Shown one piece after another: positions 9,220 to 18,549 of a stretch of 34,637 bases of DNA (positions within the stretch are counted from its first letter, which is position 1; every line of letters starts with the position of its first letter). This DNA is from Cyanophyceae cyanobacterium (GTDB taxonomy: Bacteria; Cyanobacteriota; Cyanobacteriia; Cyanobacteriales; JBHJGN01). Position numbers and translations under genes: made by a program. The notes under the pieces are model-generated. The model had not been told where the DNA came from, did no database searches, and saw only the letters and a program-made list of their open reading frames with translations. The stretch is from assembly GCA_050331735.1 (NCBI GenBank), contig JBHJGN010000072.1, forward strand, positions 1 through 34,637, in the 5' to 3' direction.

Positions 9220-10425
9220 ATGACCCAACGCATCTGTATGACCACTCTTGAATTTCCCCCCGATGTTGGCGGTGTGGGAGAGTCGGTTCAGCGCATTGCC
9301 AGAATGCTCCAAGAATTGGGCTATGAGGTCCACGTAGTCGTGTTTCGCGCCGTGTTTCGGACAGAAAAAGAGAAAGCCAGCGCCGGGGAATATCGCCGCT
9401 CAAGCTGCCAAACCAGTCAACAAGATGGTATTACCGTTCATCGCCTCCAGCCTGCCGTTCGGTCAGCCTTAGCTAAAGAGCAGGATTATCTGTGCGATCT
9501 TTACAGCCAGCTTAAAGAGTTGCATCACCACTATTGTTTTGATGCGTTTCATGCTTTCTTCATCAACGAAACGGGCTTCCTCAGCACCCTGATTGCCCAA
9601 GAAAGCGGCATTCCCGCTATCAGTAGCGTACGCGGCGCCGATCTTCACAAACACCTGTTCAGTCCCTCGCAGCACGCTCAAATCGCCTGGACGCTTGCTA
9701 ACTCCGCCTGGTCAACTTTTGTGAGCGCAGATCTTATGAAACGAGCCAGAACTTTAGTTCCAGAGATTCGGGAGAAATCAACGGCGTTTTGGAACTCTAT
9801 CACTCCCATCGATTTTGAGGCCCTTTCCACTCCGGCTTTAGCTGAGCGCTTACAGGGAACGGTAATTGGCTCTGTCGGGAGTTTTCGAGACAAAAAGGGC
9901 TTAGAATACCTCTTCGATGCCTGCCGCACCCTTCAGGCAGACTATACGCTCCTTCTCGTTGGAGACTTTGTAGAGAAAGAGCACGGTTATTGGGAGCAGG
10001 AATTAGCTAATAGCGGCATCGCCGACCGAGTGGTAATTACCGGGAAAATCAGCCGACAAGAAGCCCTAGCGTATCTGCCATTGATTGATATCTTCGCTAT
10101 TCCTTCAATTAACGATGGCTGTCCCAACGCTCTTCTCGAAGCAATGCTGGCAGCGCGGGCAATTATTGGCACGAACGTCGATGCTATCGGGGAGATTCTC
10201 GATGACGGAACTGATGCGCTACTCGTTAACCCCTGCTCTAGCGAAGAACTAGCCGTCGCCCTCAAACGACTGATCGCACAGCCCAACCTCCGGCAGCAGC
10301 TCGGACTCAACGCCAGAAACAAAGTGCTGCATCAGCTTGCTCCCGCAGTCGAGAAAAAGCATTGGGAACAAGTCTATCAGCAAGCGTTAGGAACGACAAA
10401 GGCCATAGAGGCGAACGTTGCCTAA
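9220..10425 (+). CDS. Glycosyltransferase family 4 (GT-B)
   Basis: FPPDVGGVG, KKGLEYL and PSINDGCPNALLEAM (D/E-x7-E motif). GGAGGA precedes the ATG at 9220. Confidence 0.9.
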   Translation: MTQRICMTTLEFPPDVGGVGESVQRIARMLQELGYEVHVVVFRAVFRTEKEKASAGEYRRSSCQTSQQDGITVHRLQPAVRSALAKEQDYLCDLYSQLKELHHHYCFDAFHAFFINETGFLSTLIAQESGIPAISSVRGADLHKHLFSPSQHAQIAWTLANSAWSTFVSADLMKRARTLVPEIREKSTAFWNSITPIDFEALSTPALAERLQGTVIGSVGSFRDKKGLEYLFDACRTLQADYTLLLVGDFVEKEHGYWEQELANSGIADRVVITGKISRQEALAYLPLIDIFAIPSINDGCPNALLEAMLAARAIIGTNVDAIGEILDDGTDALLVNPCSSEELAVALKRLIAQPNLRQQLGLNARNKVLHQLAPAVEKKHWEQVYQQALGTTKAIEANVA

Positions 10426-10504
10426 ATAGCTGTTCGCTTTTCGCTACTGGCTAAGAGCTAAGAGCCTCCAAGTCATTAAATCCATCTCTTAACCGTCTCT
10501 CTAT

Positions 10505-12385
10505 ATGAAGGAACGCTCAGCCCTCAAGAAACGCAAGCGCCCCCAAAACCTCAAGCAAACTCTGCCAGGAATGCAGCGCATCGCCCAGCGATTTTGGCCT
10601 CAGATTCGCCCCCAGGGTTTCCTCCTTTCGGTTGCTGGTATGGCGCTGATTGTCGAAGTGGCGGCTCAGCTTCTCAAGCCGTGGCCTTTGAAGCTCATTT
10701 TTGACTATATTATTGTGCCGGATGAGCGAACTCCTGCTGCGCGCTTCACCTTTCTAGAAAATATCAACCCAACGCTGCTGCTGGTGATCTTGTCCTTCAG
10801 CGTCATTGCGACGGCGGCACTGAGAGCAGCGGCAGCCTACGTGAGTCTCGTCAGCATGACTGTAGCCGCTTCTCGCATTGTTACAGACATCCGCGCTAAG
10901 CTTTATGCCCATCTCCAGCGGCTGTCGCTATCGTTTCACTACCGAGCCAGAAGCGGTGACTTAATCACCCGGATCACCAGCGATATCGATAAACTGCGGG
11001 ATGCCACCGTAATGGCAGCGCTGCCGATGATCGTCAACACTCTTACCTTGGTGGGGATGCTGGGCGTGATGTTTTGGTTGAGCTGGGAACTGACGGCGAT
11101 TGGGCTAGTGGTGTTTCCTCTGTTTGTGCTGGCAACGACGAAAATTACTAAACAAATTCATCAGGTTGCCCGTCAGCAGCGCCAGCGCGAGGGTGCGATG
11201 GCGGCGACAGCAGCAGAAACGATGGGGGCCATTAAGGTTGTGCAGGCGCTGTCGCTGGAAGGAATGCTGGAGTCAATCTTTAAAGACGACAACCATAAGA
11301 GTTCTACAGAAACCGTTCGCACTCAGCAGTTAGCGGCGAGTTTGCAGCGGACGGTGGAATTACTAGTGGCAGTGGCTACGGCTCTGGTGCTGTGGCGCGG
11401 CGTTCATCTGGTGCTGCGGGGTTCAGCGACTCCAGGAGATCTGCTAGTGTTCGTCACCTATCTCAAAACCGCCTTTAAACCGACTCGCCAGTTGGCTAAA
11501 TTTATGGCGCAGATTTCCAAAGCGACGGCTTCTGGGGAGCGCGTTATTGACCTCCTCGATGTTGTTCCAGAAATTCGCGATACCCGGGGCGCTATTGAAG
11601 CACCACCCTTTCGGGGGGGAGTAGAGTTTCGCAACGTCTCCTTTGCCTACGACCCTAACCAGAGGATTCTCAAAAACCTCAGCTTCACCGTTCAGCCCGG
11701 TCAGCGCGTGGCGTTAGTCGGTCCTTCGGGGGGGGGTAAATCGACTCTAGTTAGCCTGCTGCTGCGCCTCTACGACCCCCGAGAAGGACAAATCCTCATC
11801 GACGATCTCGATCTGCGCTCCTACAAAATCGACTCCCTGCGTCGCCAAATCAGTATCGTGCTGCAAGACAGCGTTCTCTTTGGCGTGAGCGTCCGTGACA
11901 ATATTGCCTACGGATTGCTCGGAGCTACCGATGCCGAAATCGAAGCCGCCGCTCATCTGGCTAATGCCCACGACTTTGTTATGAAGCTGCCCCAAGGCTA
12001 CGATACCCTGCTGGGCGAACGGGGGGCTACTCTCTCTGGCGGGCAGCGACAGCGGATTGCGATCGCCCGGGCTGCCGTCCGTAAAGCCCCCATCGTCATC
12101 CTCGACGAACCCACTGTGGGTTTGGATAACGAGAACGAACGGGAAGTGAGTGAAGCCTTGAGCCGCTTAGCAACAGGCTGTACAACCTTTTTAATCACCC
12201 ACGATCTCAGAGCATCCTATAACGCCGACCAGATCCTTTACATCGAAAGCGGCAAGGTGCTGGAGCAGGGAACCCACGCAGACTTGATGAGATTAGGGCG
12301 ACGGTATGCAGCGCTCTATCAGTTGCAGAGTACCCTCGATGATTCCCGTCGCGGAGCAACTGGAAAAGGGGAAATTGTCCCGTAG
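10505..12385 (+). CDS. ABC exporter, fused TMD-NBD (MsbA/Sav1866-like)
   Basis: N-terminal TM domain, Walker A GPSGGGKS, signature LSGGQRQR, Walker B IVILDE, H-loop ITH. The last ~12 aa are repeat-derived. Confidence 0.95.
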   Translation: MKERSALKKRKRPQNLKQTLPGMQRIAQRFWPQIRPQGFLLSVAGMALIVEVAAQLLKPWPLKLIFDYIIVPDERTPAARFTFLENINPTLLLVILSFSVIATAALRAAAAYVSLVSMTVAASRIVTDIRAKLYAHLQRLSLSFHYRARSGDLITRITSDIDKLRDATVMAALPMIVNTLTLVGMLGVMFWLSWELTAIGLVVFPLFVLATTKITKQIHQVARQQRQREGAMAATAAETMGAIKVVQALSLEGMLESIFKDDNHKSSTETVRTQQLAASLQRTVELLVAVATALVLWRGVHLVLRGSATPGDLLVFVTYLKTAFKPTRQLAKFMAQISKATASGERVIDLLDVVPEIRDTRGAIEAPPFRGGVEFRNVSFAYDPNQRILKNLSFTVQPGQRVALVGPSGGGKSTLVSLLLRLYDPREGQILIDDLDLRSYKIDSLRRQISIVLQDSVLFGVSVRDNIAYGLLGATDAEIEAAAHLANAHDFVMKLPQGYDTLLGERGATLSGGQRQRIAIARAAVRKAPIVILDEPTVGLDNENEREVSEALSRLATGCTTFLITHDLRASYNADQILYIESGKVLEQGTHADLMRLGRRYAALYQLQSTLDDSRRGATGKGEIVP

Positions 12386-12447
12386 GGACGGGGAAAGGGG
12401 AAATAGTTCCTGCGGAACGGGGAAGGGGGAAAGGGGAAGGGGGAAAG
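12343..12447. repeat. GGGGAAA repeat block with three mini-hairpins
   Basis: GTCGC-GGA-GCAAC (12348), GTCCC-GTA-GGGAC (12377) and GTTCC-TGC-GGAAC (12406) within purine heptamer repeats. Confidence 0.9.
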
Positions 12448-12508
12448 CTTAACAGCTTTTATGAGGAACTGTTACAGACATAATTTGCTACACACTCAGG
12501 AAATTGCT

Positions 12509-13615
12509 ATGTCAGAATTACTCACTATTGTTGTTGTGCCGCGAGAACGGTTTCAGTTTGCTCGCCAGTCTTTGGAAAGCCTTTACGAAAATACGTCTTT
12601 CCCGTTTGAGCTGGTTTACGTCGATAACAACTCGCCGACTACCCTGCGGCGGTATCTAGAAGCCCAGGCGCAGGAAAAAGGCTTTAAATTGGTGCGATCG
12701 CCTGACTATCTCTCTCCGAATCAAGCTAGAAACTTCGGGCTGCGTCACGTTGATAGCCAATACGTTGTCTTCGTCGATAACGACGTGATCTTTTCTCCGG
12801 GATGGCTGAAGGCACTGGTAAACTGCACCGAAGCCACGGGCGCTACCGTTGTCGGTTCCCTGGTGTGCCAGTATCAGCCAGTTCACGAAATCGTCCACTG
12901 TGCTGGAGGCAACTACATGCTCGCCGAGGAGTACGAGCGCTTCGTCGCTGCTCTCCACTCCCCCTCTTTACAGCGGGAATGGCAGATTGAAGAGACTACC
13001 TACTATCAGGATCTGCGGCTGGAGGAGGTGCGCGATCGCCTGCACCGCCAGCAAACGGGATTTATTGAATTTCACTCGATGCTGGTGCGTACCGCTATCT
13101 TTGAGCAGATTGGCTGGCTCGATGAAGGATTGCCCTGCACCAAGGAATACATTGATTTCGCCATGAGCGTCATCAAAGCCGGAGGAACCATCTACCTCGA
13201 ACCGTCTTCAGTCGTGACGTTTCTGACTCATCCCCCGGCTCCCCAGATGCCGTGGTCCGATCTCCCCTACTTCATGCTGCGCTGGAGCGATGAGTGGGAA
13301 CGCGCTAGCCTCTTGCACCTTCAGCAGAAGTGGGGCTTAGCAGAGAATAAATACTTTCAGAAACGCTACCGGAAGCTCGGGCGGCGGCGGCGCGAAGAAC
13401 TGATTAAGCCCCTGGTGGCTCGTTTTGACTTTCTCGGTAAGCCCGCTACCAAGTGGCTAGAGAAACGCTTGGTCGCCCTTGAAAAGCAACTGAACCGCTA
13501 TGTATCCCATCGCCACCGAAGAGCGATCGCCCAAGCCCAAGCCATTAGCAGTCCGCAACAGGAAGTGTATCCAACCTCTTGCTCCCAGCAAAATCTTCAA
13601 AAAGCTAACAGCTAA
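12509..13615 (+). CDS. Glycosyltransferase family 2 (paralog 1)
   Basis: LTIVVVPRERF, ELVYVDNNS, ARNFGL, YVVFVDNDV (DxD) and LDEG. Start at 12509 preferred to 12461. Confidence 0.88.
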   Translation: MSELLTIVVVPRERFQFARQSLESLYENTSFPFELVYVDNNSPTTLRRYLEAQAQEKGFKLVRSPDYLSPNQARNFGLRHVDSQYVVFVDNDVIFSPGWLKALVNCTEATGATVVGSLVCQYQPVHEIVHCAGGNYMLAEEYERFVAALHSPSLQREWQIEETTYYQDLRLEEVRDRLHRQQTGFIEFHSMLVRTAIFEQIGWLDEGLPCTKEYIDFAMSVIKAGGTIYLEPSSVVTFLTHPPAPQMPWSDLPYFMLRWSDEWERASLLHLQQKWGLAENKYFQKRYRKLGRRRREELIKPLVARFDFLGKPATKWLEKRLVALEKQLNRYVSHRHRRAIAQAQAISSPQQEVYPTSCSQQNLQKANS

Positions 13616-13644
13616 AACCCTTCAACCAACTATCCAAGAAAACC

Positions 13645-14604
13645 ATGTTATACAGACAATTTGGCACAACCGGATGGCAAGTATCCGCAATCGGAATGGG
13701 AACCTGGAACATCGGCAACCAGTGGGGTGAAATTGACGATGCCACTGCGTTTGCTACTATCCGCAGCGCGATTGATAACGGCATCAACATCTTTGACACC
13801 GCAGAGTCCTACGGCATTCCCTGTGGTCTTTCCGAAGAAAGATTGGGCAAAGCCCTGGTGGGCAACCGTCATCAGGTGCATCTCGTCACTAAAGTTGGTC
13901 GCTGGGGCCGACGTTCTGGGCAAACCGTTCCGATGACGACGGTAGATATGGTGCGCCTGTGCGCCCATGCCTCCCTCTATCGCCTGCGGACCGACTGGAT
14001 CGACGTACTGCTCTGTCATGAGGGCAAAATCGAAGACCCTAGCGTTTACCTCGAAGCCTTTGAGCAGCTCAAGGAACAGGGGACAATCCGTGCCTATGGC
14101 ATTTCCACCGACAGACTAGACGTGCTCCAGCGCTTCAACGCCAACAACACCTGTAGCGTTGTCGAAGTGGAGTACTCGCTCCTCAACCGCAAGCCCGACG
14201 AGGAGTTCTTGCCCTACTGCCAAGAACACGGCATTGCCGTCCTAGTGCGCGGTCCTCTCAGCAAAGGATTACTCTCCGGTAAATACTCCCCCGATACCGT
14301 CTTCACCGACACCGTGCGCTCCGAGTGGTACGCCGACGACAAAACCAAAGAAAAGCTGCATCGCAAGCTCGCCAAAGTAGAGCGGCTCAAAGCAGCCTTG
14401 CAGCCCGGAGAAGCGATGGTCACAGCCGCACTCCGCTACGCCATTTCTCATCCCGTTCAGCCCGTCGCCATCCCCGGCGCAAAATCCCCAGCCCAAGCCG
14501 CCGCCAACGCCCGAGCTGGAAACGTCCTTCTTACGGCAGAAGAAAGAAAACACCTCGTTCATCTTTCCAAAGGCAAGGTCGAGCCACTAGCCGCAGTCGG
14601 CTAG
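13645..14604 (+). CDS. Aldo/keto reductase
   Basis: IGMGTW, GINIFDTAESYG, SEERLG, VTKVG, SLYRLRTDWIDVLLCH, YSLLNR, PLSKGLLSGKY, IPGAK. Confidence 0.95.
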   Translation: MLYRQFGTTGWQVSAIGMGTWNIGNQWGEIDDATAFATIRSAIDNGINIFDTAESYGIPCGLSEERLGKALVGNRHQVHLVTKVGRWGRRSGQTVPMTTVDMVRLCAHASLYRLRTDWIDVLLCHEGKIEDPSVYLEAFEQLKEQGTIRAYGISTDRLDVLQRFNANNTCSVVEVEYSLLNRKPDEEFLPYCQEHGIAVLVRGPLSKGLLSGKYSPDTVFTDTVRSEWYADDKTKEKLHRKLAKVERLKAALQPGEAMVTAALRYAISHPVQPVAIPGAKSPAQAAANARAGNVLLTAEERKHLVHLSKGKVEPLAAVG

Positions 14605-14826
14605 TCCCTACGGGACGGGGAAAGGGGAAATAGTCCCTACGGGACGGGGAAGGGGGAAAGGAAAATCAGTTGCTCCGCGACGGGGAAAAACACAGGATTA
14701 AGGAAAAAACTCGGTAATTACTCCCTTTCCCCTTTCCCCCTTCCCCTTTTCCCTGCGCCTAGGAGCGCTTTCCCGTCCCGCACCGGACAAATTTCCCTTT
14801 CCCCCTTACCCCTTCCCCTTTCCCCC
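14602..14826. repeat. Inverted pair of GGGGAAA/TTTCCCC arms with mini-hairpins; includes a near-identical 29-nt tandem duplication
   Basis: TAGTCCCTACGGGACGGGGAA... at 14602 and 14631; GTTGC-TCC-GCGAC at 14669; pyrimidine arm 14721-14826 with a reverse hairpin at 14775. Confidence 0.9.
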
Positions 14827-14855
14827 ATTCGATTAACTAACGACAACAAATAACT

Positions 14856-16133
14856 ATGAAAAAAATCTTATTCTACTGCCAATATCTAGCGGGCATGGGT
14901 CATCTAGTGAGGAGTACAGAAATTATTCGCCGCCTGGTACAGGACTTTCAGGTATGCCTTGTCAATGGGGGGCAGGCGGTGCCGGGGTTTGAATTTCCGC
15001 CCCTAGCAGAGGTGGTTTATCTACCAGCCGTATGGGAAGACGACAACGAGCTCAAGCCAGTGGATAGTTCTCAAACCATTGAGGAAGTTAAAGAGAGCCG
15101 TAAACAGAAGCTGCTTGCTGTACTCGAGCAGTTTGAACCCGATTTCCTCATTACTGAATGTTTTCCCTTCAGTAAGCACAAGCTCTCCTTTGAGCTGATT
15201 CCCCTCCTCGATAACGCCCAAGCGTCAGAGCGTCCAATTCAGATTATCTGTAGCCTCCGAGATTTAATCATGACGCAGCCGATGTCGGAGAAAGCCCGCG
15301 CTAAACGACAGCAGAAGGTTTGCAAGCTGATCAATCGCTACTACGACATGGTGCTGTTCCACAGCGATCGCTCTTTGTTGCGCTTAGAGGACTGTTTTCC
15401 ATTAGTCGAGCAGCTCACCTGCGAGGTGTACTACACCGGATATGTAGCGCCGCTTCCCCCCGCTGCACCACTTATCAAAGAAGACAACGCGGCCCTAAGC
15501 CAGGAAGAGCCGATGATCGTAGCGAGCGTGGGCGGTGGCAGACATGGGTACGAACTGCTCAACGCGATCGCCTCTGCTACTTCTCTCCTCAACCTGCCCC
15601 ACAAAATCCATGCCTTTGCGGGTCCGTTTATGGCCGAAGCAGAGTTCCAGTCACTGCAACAGATGACGACTCACGACAGTAGCTTTATCCTCCGTCGCTT
15701 TACCTCGCGCCTGAGCGACTACATGCTCAAGGCAGACCTATCAATTAGCTTGGGCGGCTACAACACGATGATAAATATTCTCAGAACGAGAGTGCGATCG
15801 CTGGTGCTGCCGTCTCTTTCCGAGCATCAGACTGGAGAGCAAAGTATCCGAGCGCAAAAGCTAGCCCAGAAAGGAATTATTAACCTTCTCCATCCTGCTG
15901 AACTAGCCCCAGACTGCCTCGCAGCCAAAATCACAGCCTGTCTGCAAGCAGAACCAGTTGGTCATTCGTTGGACCTAGAAGGAGCCACAAAAGTCGCTGC
16001 GCGGCTCAAGGAAATCAATGGCAATGCAGATTTAACTCAGAATATTCCTGCTAAAAACGCTGTGCTAACAGAATCAGACAGTTCTCTCCGTCAGACTCAA
16101 GCTTCAACGAGCATACTTTCTCCTTGCAAATAA
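14856..16133 (+). CDS. Predicted glycosyltransferase, COG4671/GT28-like (paralog 3)
   Basis: YCQYLAGMGHLVRS, ECFPF, SLRDL, SVGGGRHG and SLGGYNT...EQSIRA; clearly similar to 7957-9147. Confidence 0.88.
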   Translation: MKKILFYCQYLAGMGHLVRSTEIIRRLVQDFQVCLVNGGQAVPGFEFPPLAEVVYLPAVWEDDNELKPVDSSQTIEEVKESRKQKLLAVLEQFEPDFLITECFPFSKHKLSFELIPLLDNAQASERPIQIICSLRDLIMTQPMSEKARAKRQQKVCKLINRYYDMVLFHSDRSLLRLEDCFPLVEQLTCEVYYTGYVAPLPPAAPLIKEDNAALSQEEPMIVASVGGGRHGYELLNAIASATSLLNLPHKIHAFAGPFMAEAEFQSLQQMTTHDSSFILRRFTSRLSDYMLKADLSISLGGYNTMINILRTRVRSLVLPSLSEHQTGEQSIRAQKLAQKGIINLLHPAELAPDCLAAKITACLQAEPVGHSLDLEGATKVAARLKEINGNADLTQNIPAKNAVLTESDSSLRQTQASTSILSPCK

Positions 16134-16134
16134 A

Positions 16135-16186
16135 ATTTCCCCTTTCCCCCTTCCCCCTTCCCCATCCCAACCGGGACAATTTCCCC
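16135..16186 (-). repeat. TTTCCCC repeat with reverse mini-hairpin
   Basis: Reverse complement reads AAATT-GTCCC-GGTT-GGGAT-GGGGAAGGGGGAA. Confidence 0.8.
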
Positions 16187-16218
16187 TGCTATTATCACTA
16201 CTACAAAGAGGTTAAACA

Positions 16219-17373
16219 ATGCAATCAACCACACGCCCCAAAGTCACCCTTGTGGTCGGGCCTCGGGAACGCTTTAGCTACGCTCAGAAATCTTTAGAAA
16301 GCATCTACGACAATACCGACTATCCTTTCGAGCTAGTTTATGTTGACGTTTGCTCTCCGGCTCCCGTTCGCCGCTACCTAGAGGCTAAAGCCCAGGAAAA
16401 GCAGTTTCAGATTCTCGATACCGATTACTACATCTCTCCCAATCAGGCGAGAAATCTGGGGCTCCGTTACGTCCTGGAGCGAACCGATAGCGATTACGTG
16501 GTCTTCATCGAAAATGATGTAGTCGTAAAACGCGGCTGGCTGACTAAGCTGGTTGAATGTGCCGAAGAGACAGGCGCGGCGGTCGTAGGTCCGCTGACCT
16601 GTATTGGTCAGCCAGAGCATCAGGTGATTCATAACGCAGGCGGAAAGTCCTACATCCTCACAGAAGTCAAAAATGGCAAAACCAAACGGCGCATTCGCCA
16701 GAGTGCCTATCTTACCGGAAGGGCTGTTGCAGATGTCACCGAACAGCTTCACCGCACCCAGTGTGACTATGTAGAGTTTCACTGTATGCTCGTCCGCACG
16801 GCAATTTTTGAGCAGATTGGTCTGCTGGATGAAGGGATGCTGGCCACCAGAGAGCATATCGATTTCTGCTTCGTGGTGACTCAGGCGGGCGGCACAATTT
16901 ACTCTGAGCGAGAAGCCTACGTCACCACAGATACCCTCGGCATTGCCAGTAACCAAACCGGATTACAGGCGTGGTTTGGGTATTTGCAGATTCCCGATTT
17001 TCAATGGTCAGACCTACCCTATTTCATGGTGCGCTGGAGCGATGCCTGGGATCTGGCCAGCCTGCATCATCTCCGCGATAAGTGGAAGCTATCGGAAGAT
17101 AAGTATTTTAAGAAACGCTATAAAGGGGTTGGCAGTCGTCGTCAAGAGCTGTTAATTAAGCCGCTTGTCCGTCGCTTGACCTTCGGGCAGGGCAGTGAGT
17201 GGCTGGAAAATCTGATGATTCCGTTAGAAAGACAGCTCAATCACGCTATTTATCGTCGCTACGCCCGTAGAAAAGCCGCAATTGAGAAGCAGCTAGGCCA
17301 CTTAACTTCAATCCCGTCAACCCCGGGGGCTGAAACAGTTCAAAATAAAAAACTAGAAGCAACTCATCTTTAG
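16219..17373 (+). CDS. Glycosyltransferase family 2 (paralog 2)
   Basis: Shares blocks with 12509-13615 (PRERF, SPNQARN, EFHxMLVRTAIFEQIG, WSDLPYFM.RWSD); has ENDV at the DxD position. Confidence 0.88.
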   Translation: MQSTTRPKVTLVVGPRERFSYAQKSLESIYDNTDYPFELVYVDVCSPAPVRRYLEAKAQEKQFQILDTDYYISPNQARNLGLRYVLERTDSDYVVFIENDVVVKRGWLTKLVECAEETGAAVVGPLTCIGQPEHQVIHNAGGKSYILTEVKNGKTKRRIRQSAYLTGRAVADVTEQLHRTQCDYVEFHCMLVRTAIFEQIGLLDEGMLATREHIDFCFVVTQAGGTIYSEREAYVTTDTLGIASNQTGLQAWFGYLQIPDFQWSDLPYFMVRWSDAWDLASLHHLRDKWKLSEDKYFKKRYKGVGSRRQELLIKPLVRRLTFGQGSEWLENLMIPLERQLNHAIYRRYARRKAAIEKQLGHLTSIPSTPGAETVQNKKLEATHL

Positions 17374-17478
17374 CTATTACAAGCGGGCAGCAGTGACTCG
17401 TGTCGAGATGAGCTTGAGTTAGTGGTCACCAATGAAAGCTGTCGCTCACTAACCACTAACCCTCAAAAATACCAACCC

Positions 17479-18543
17479 ATGATCCCGAACGAGACAACAA
17501 GAGTAGTTCTAGTCCGTCACGGTCGCAGCACCTATAATGAGCTCGGCATTTATCAAGGATGCAGCGATGATGCTGTCTTAACTCCCCAAGGGCAGCGCGA
17601 TGCTTATCAAACGGGTCTGTTCTTACAGCAATGGTCTGCCAAACTCGGGGAATCGATAGCGGCCCTCTATACGAGTCCGTTGAAGCGTACCCAACAGACG
17701 GCCAGCGAAATTCTCGCCGCGCTGAGCACCACTAGTCTTCCCTCGCTGCGGACAATAGACACGCTCAAGGAAATTTACATGGCGGCGTGGCAGGGTTTGT
17801 CGTACCAGTATGTGAAAGAGCATTTCGCCCAGGATTACCGCCTGTGGAAAGAGCGGCCTGATCAGTTTGTCCTGGCTAACCCGGAATCTAAATCCCGCGA
17901 ACCTTGCTTTCCAGTATTAGACCTTTACGAACAAGCCCACCGCTTTTGGCAGGAAGTCTTGCCTCGTCATCGCGGTCAAACGATTTTGATTGTGGGTCAC
18001 AGCGGCACGAACCGCGCGTTAATGAGTACGGTCGTGGGTTTGTCACCAGAGCGCTATCATCTTCTCCAGCAGTCCAACTGCGGCATCAGTATTTTAGAGT
18101 TTTCTTGTCCAACATTATCCAGTGGGCGGCTAAAGGCGTTAAACGTCACCGCTCATCTGGGCGAAACCTTACCAAAGCTCAAAGAAGGCAAACACGGACT
18201 CCGCCTATTGTGGTCTGCGGCCACATCGCACCTAGACAAGTTCGGTCAGTTCTTGAATCAGGTCGATATTGACTTTGTGCTGAGCAGCGATCGCCACTCG
18301 CAAAGAGTCGGGGACTTGCTCAGTTCGGCAGTCCGGTTGTCCTACCATGATTCTATCTTTATGTCAACTCTATTTAGCCAGCTTCTCAACGACGAGCGGC
18401 CACTAGCCACTGGCCTTGTTATCGGCGAAGAGCTATACCCGCTCGAACCAGTGCTAGCTCCACCACAGTCTCTGAGCGTGATTCATTACCCTCAGATTCA
18501 TGTCCCTGTTGTGCAAGCCGTGATACCGGGTGACATTCTATGA
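17479..18543 (+). CDS. Histidine phosphatase (phosphoglycerate mutase-like) family protein
   Basis: VLVRHG, YTSPLKRTQQTA, LKE and ILIVGHSGTNR in the N-domain; a short divergent C-terminal region has no second RHG. Confidence 0.88.
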   Translation: MIPNETTRVVLVRHGRSTYNELGIYQGCSDDAVLTPQGQRDAYQTGLFLQQWSAKLGESIAALYTSPLKRTQQTASEILAALSTTSLPSLRTIDTLKEIYMAAWQGLSYQYVKEHFAQDYRLWKERPDQFVLANPESKSREPCFPVLDLYEQAHRFWQEVLPRHRGQTILIVGHSGTNRALMSTVVGLSPERYHLLQQSNCGISILEFSCPTLSSGRLKALNVTAHLGETLPKLKEGKHGLRLLWSAATSHLDKFGQFLNQVDIDFVLSSDRHSQRVGDLLSSAVRLSYHDSIFMSTLFSQLLNDERPLATGLVIGEELYPLEPVLAPPQSLSVIHYPQIHVPVVQAVIPGDIL

Positions 18544-18549
18544 CCGGCA

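Noticed and set aside
12345..14684. Exact 18-bp inverted repeat CCCGTCGCGGAGCAACTG flanking the GT2 and aldo/keto reductase genes as transposon or invertible-segment ends
   Set aside because: Both are copies of the mini-hairpin family; no target duplication or recombinase is visible.
14602..14690. Palindromic 29-nt tandem units as a mini CRISPR array
   Set aside because: Units are adjacent with no unique spacers and belong to the dispersed GGGGAAA/hairpin family.
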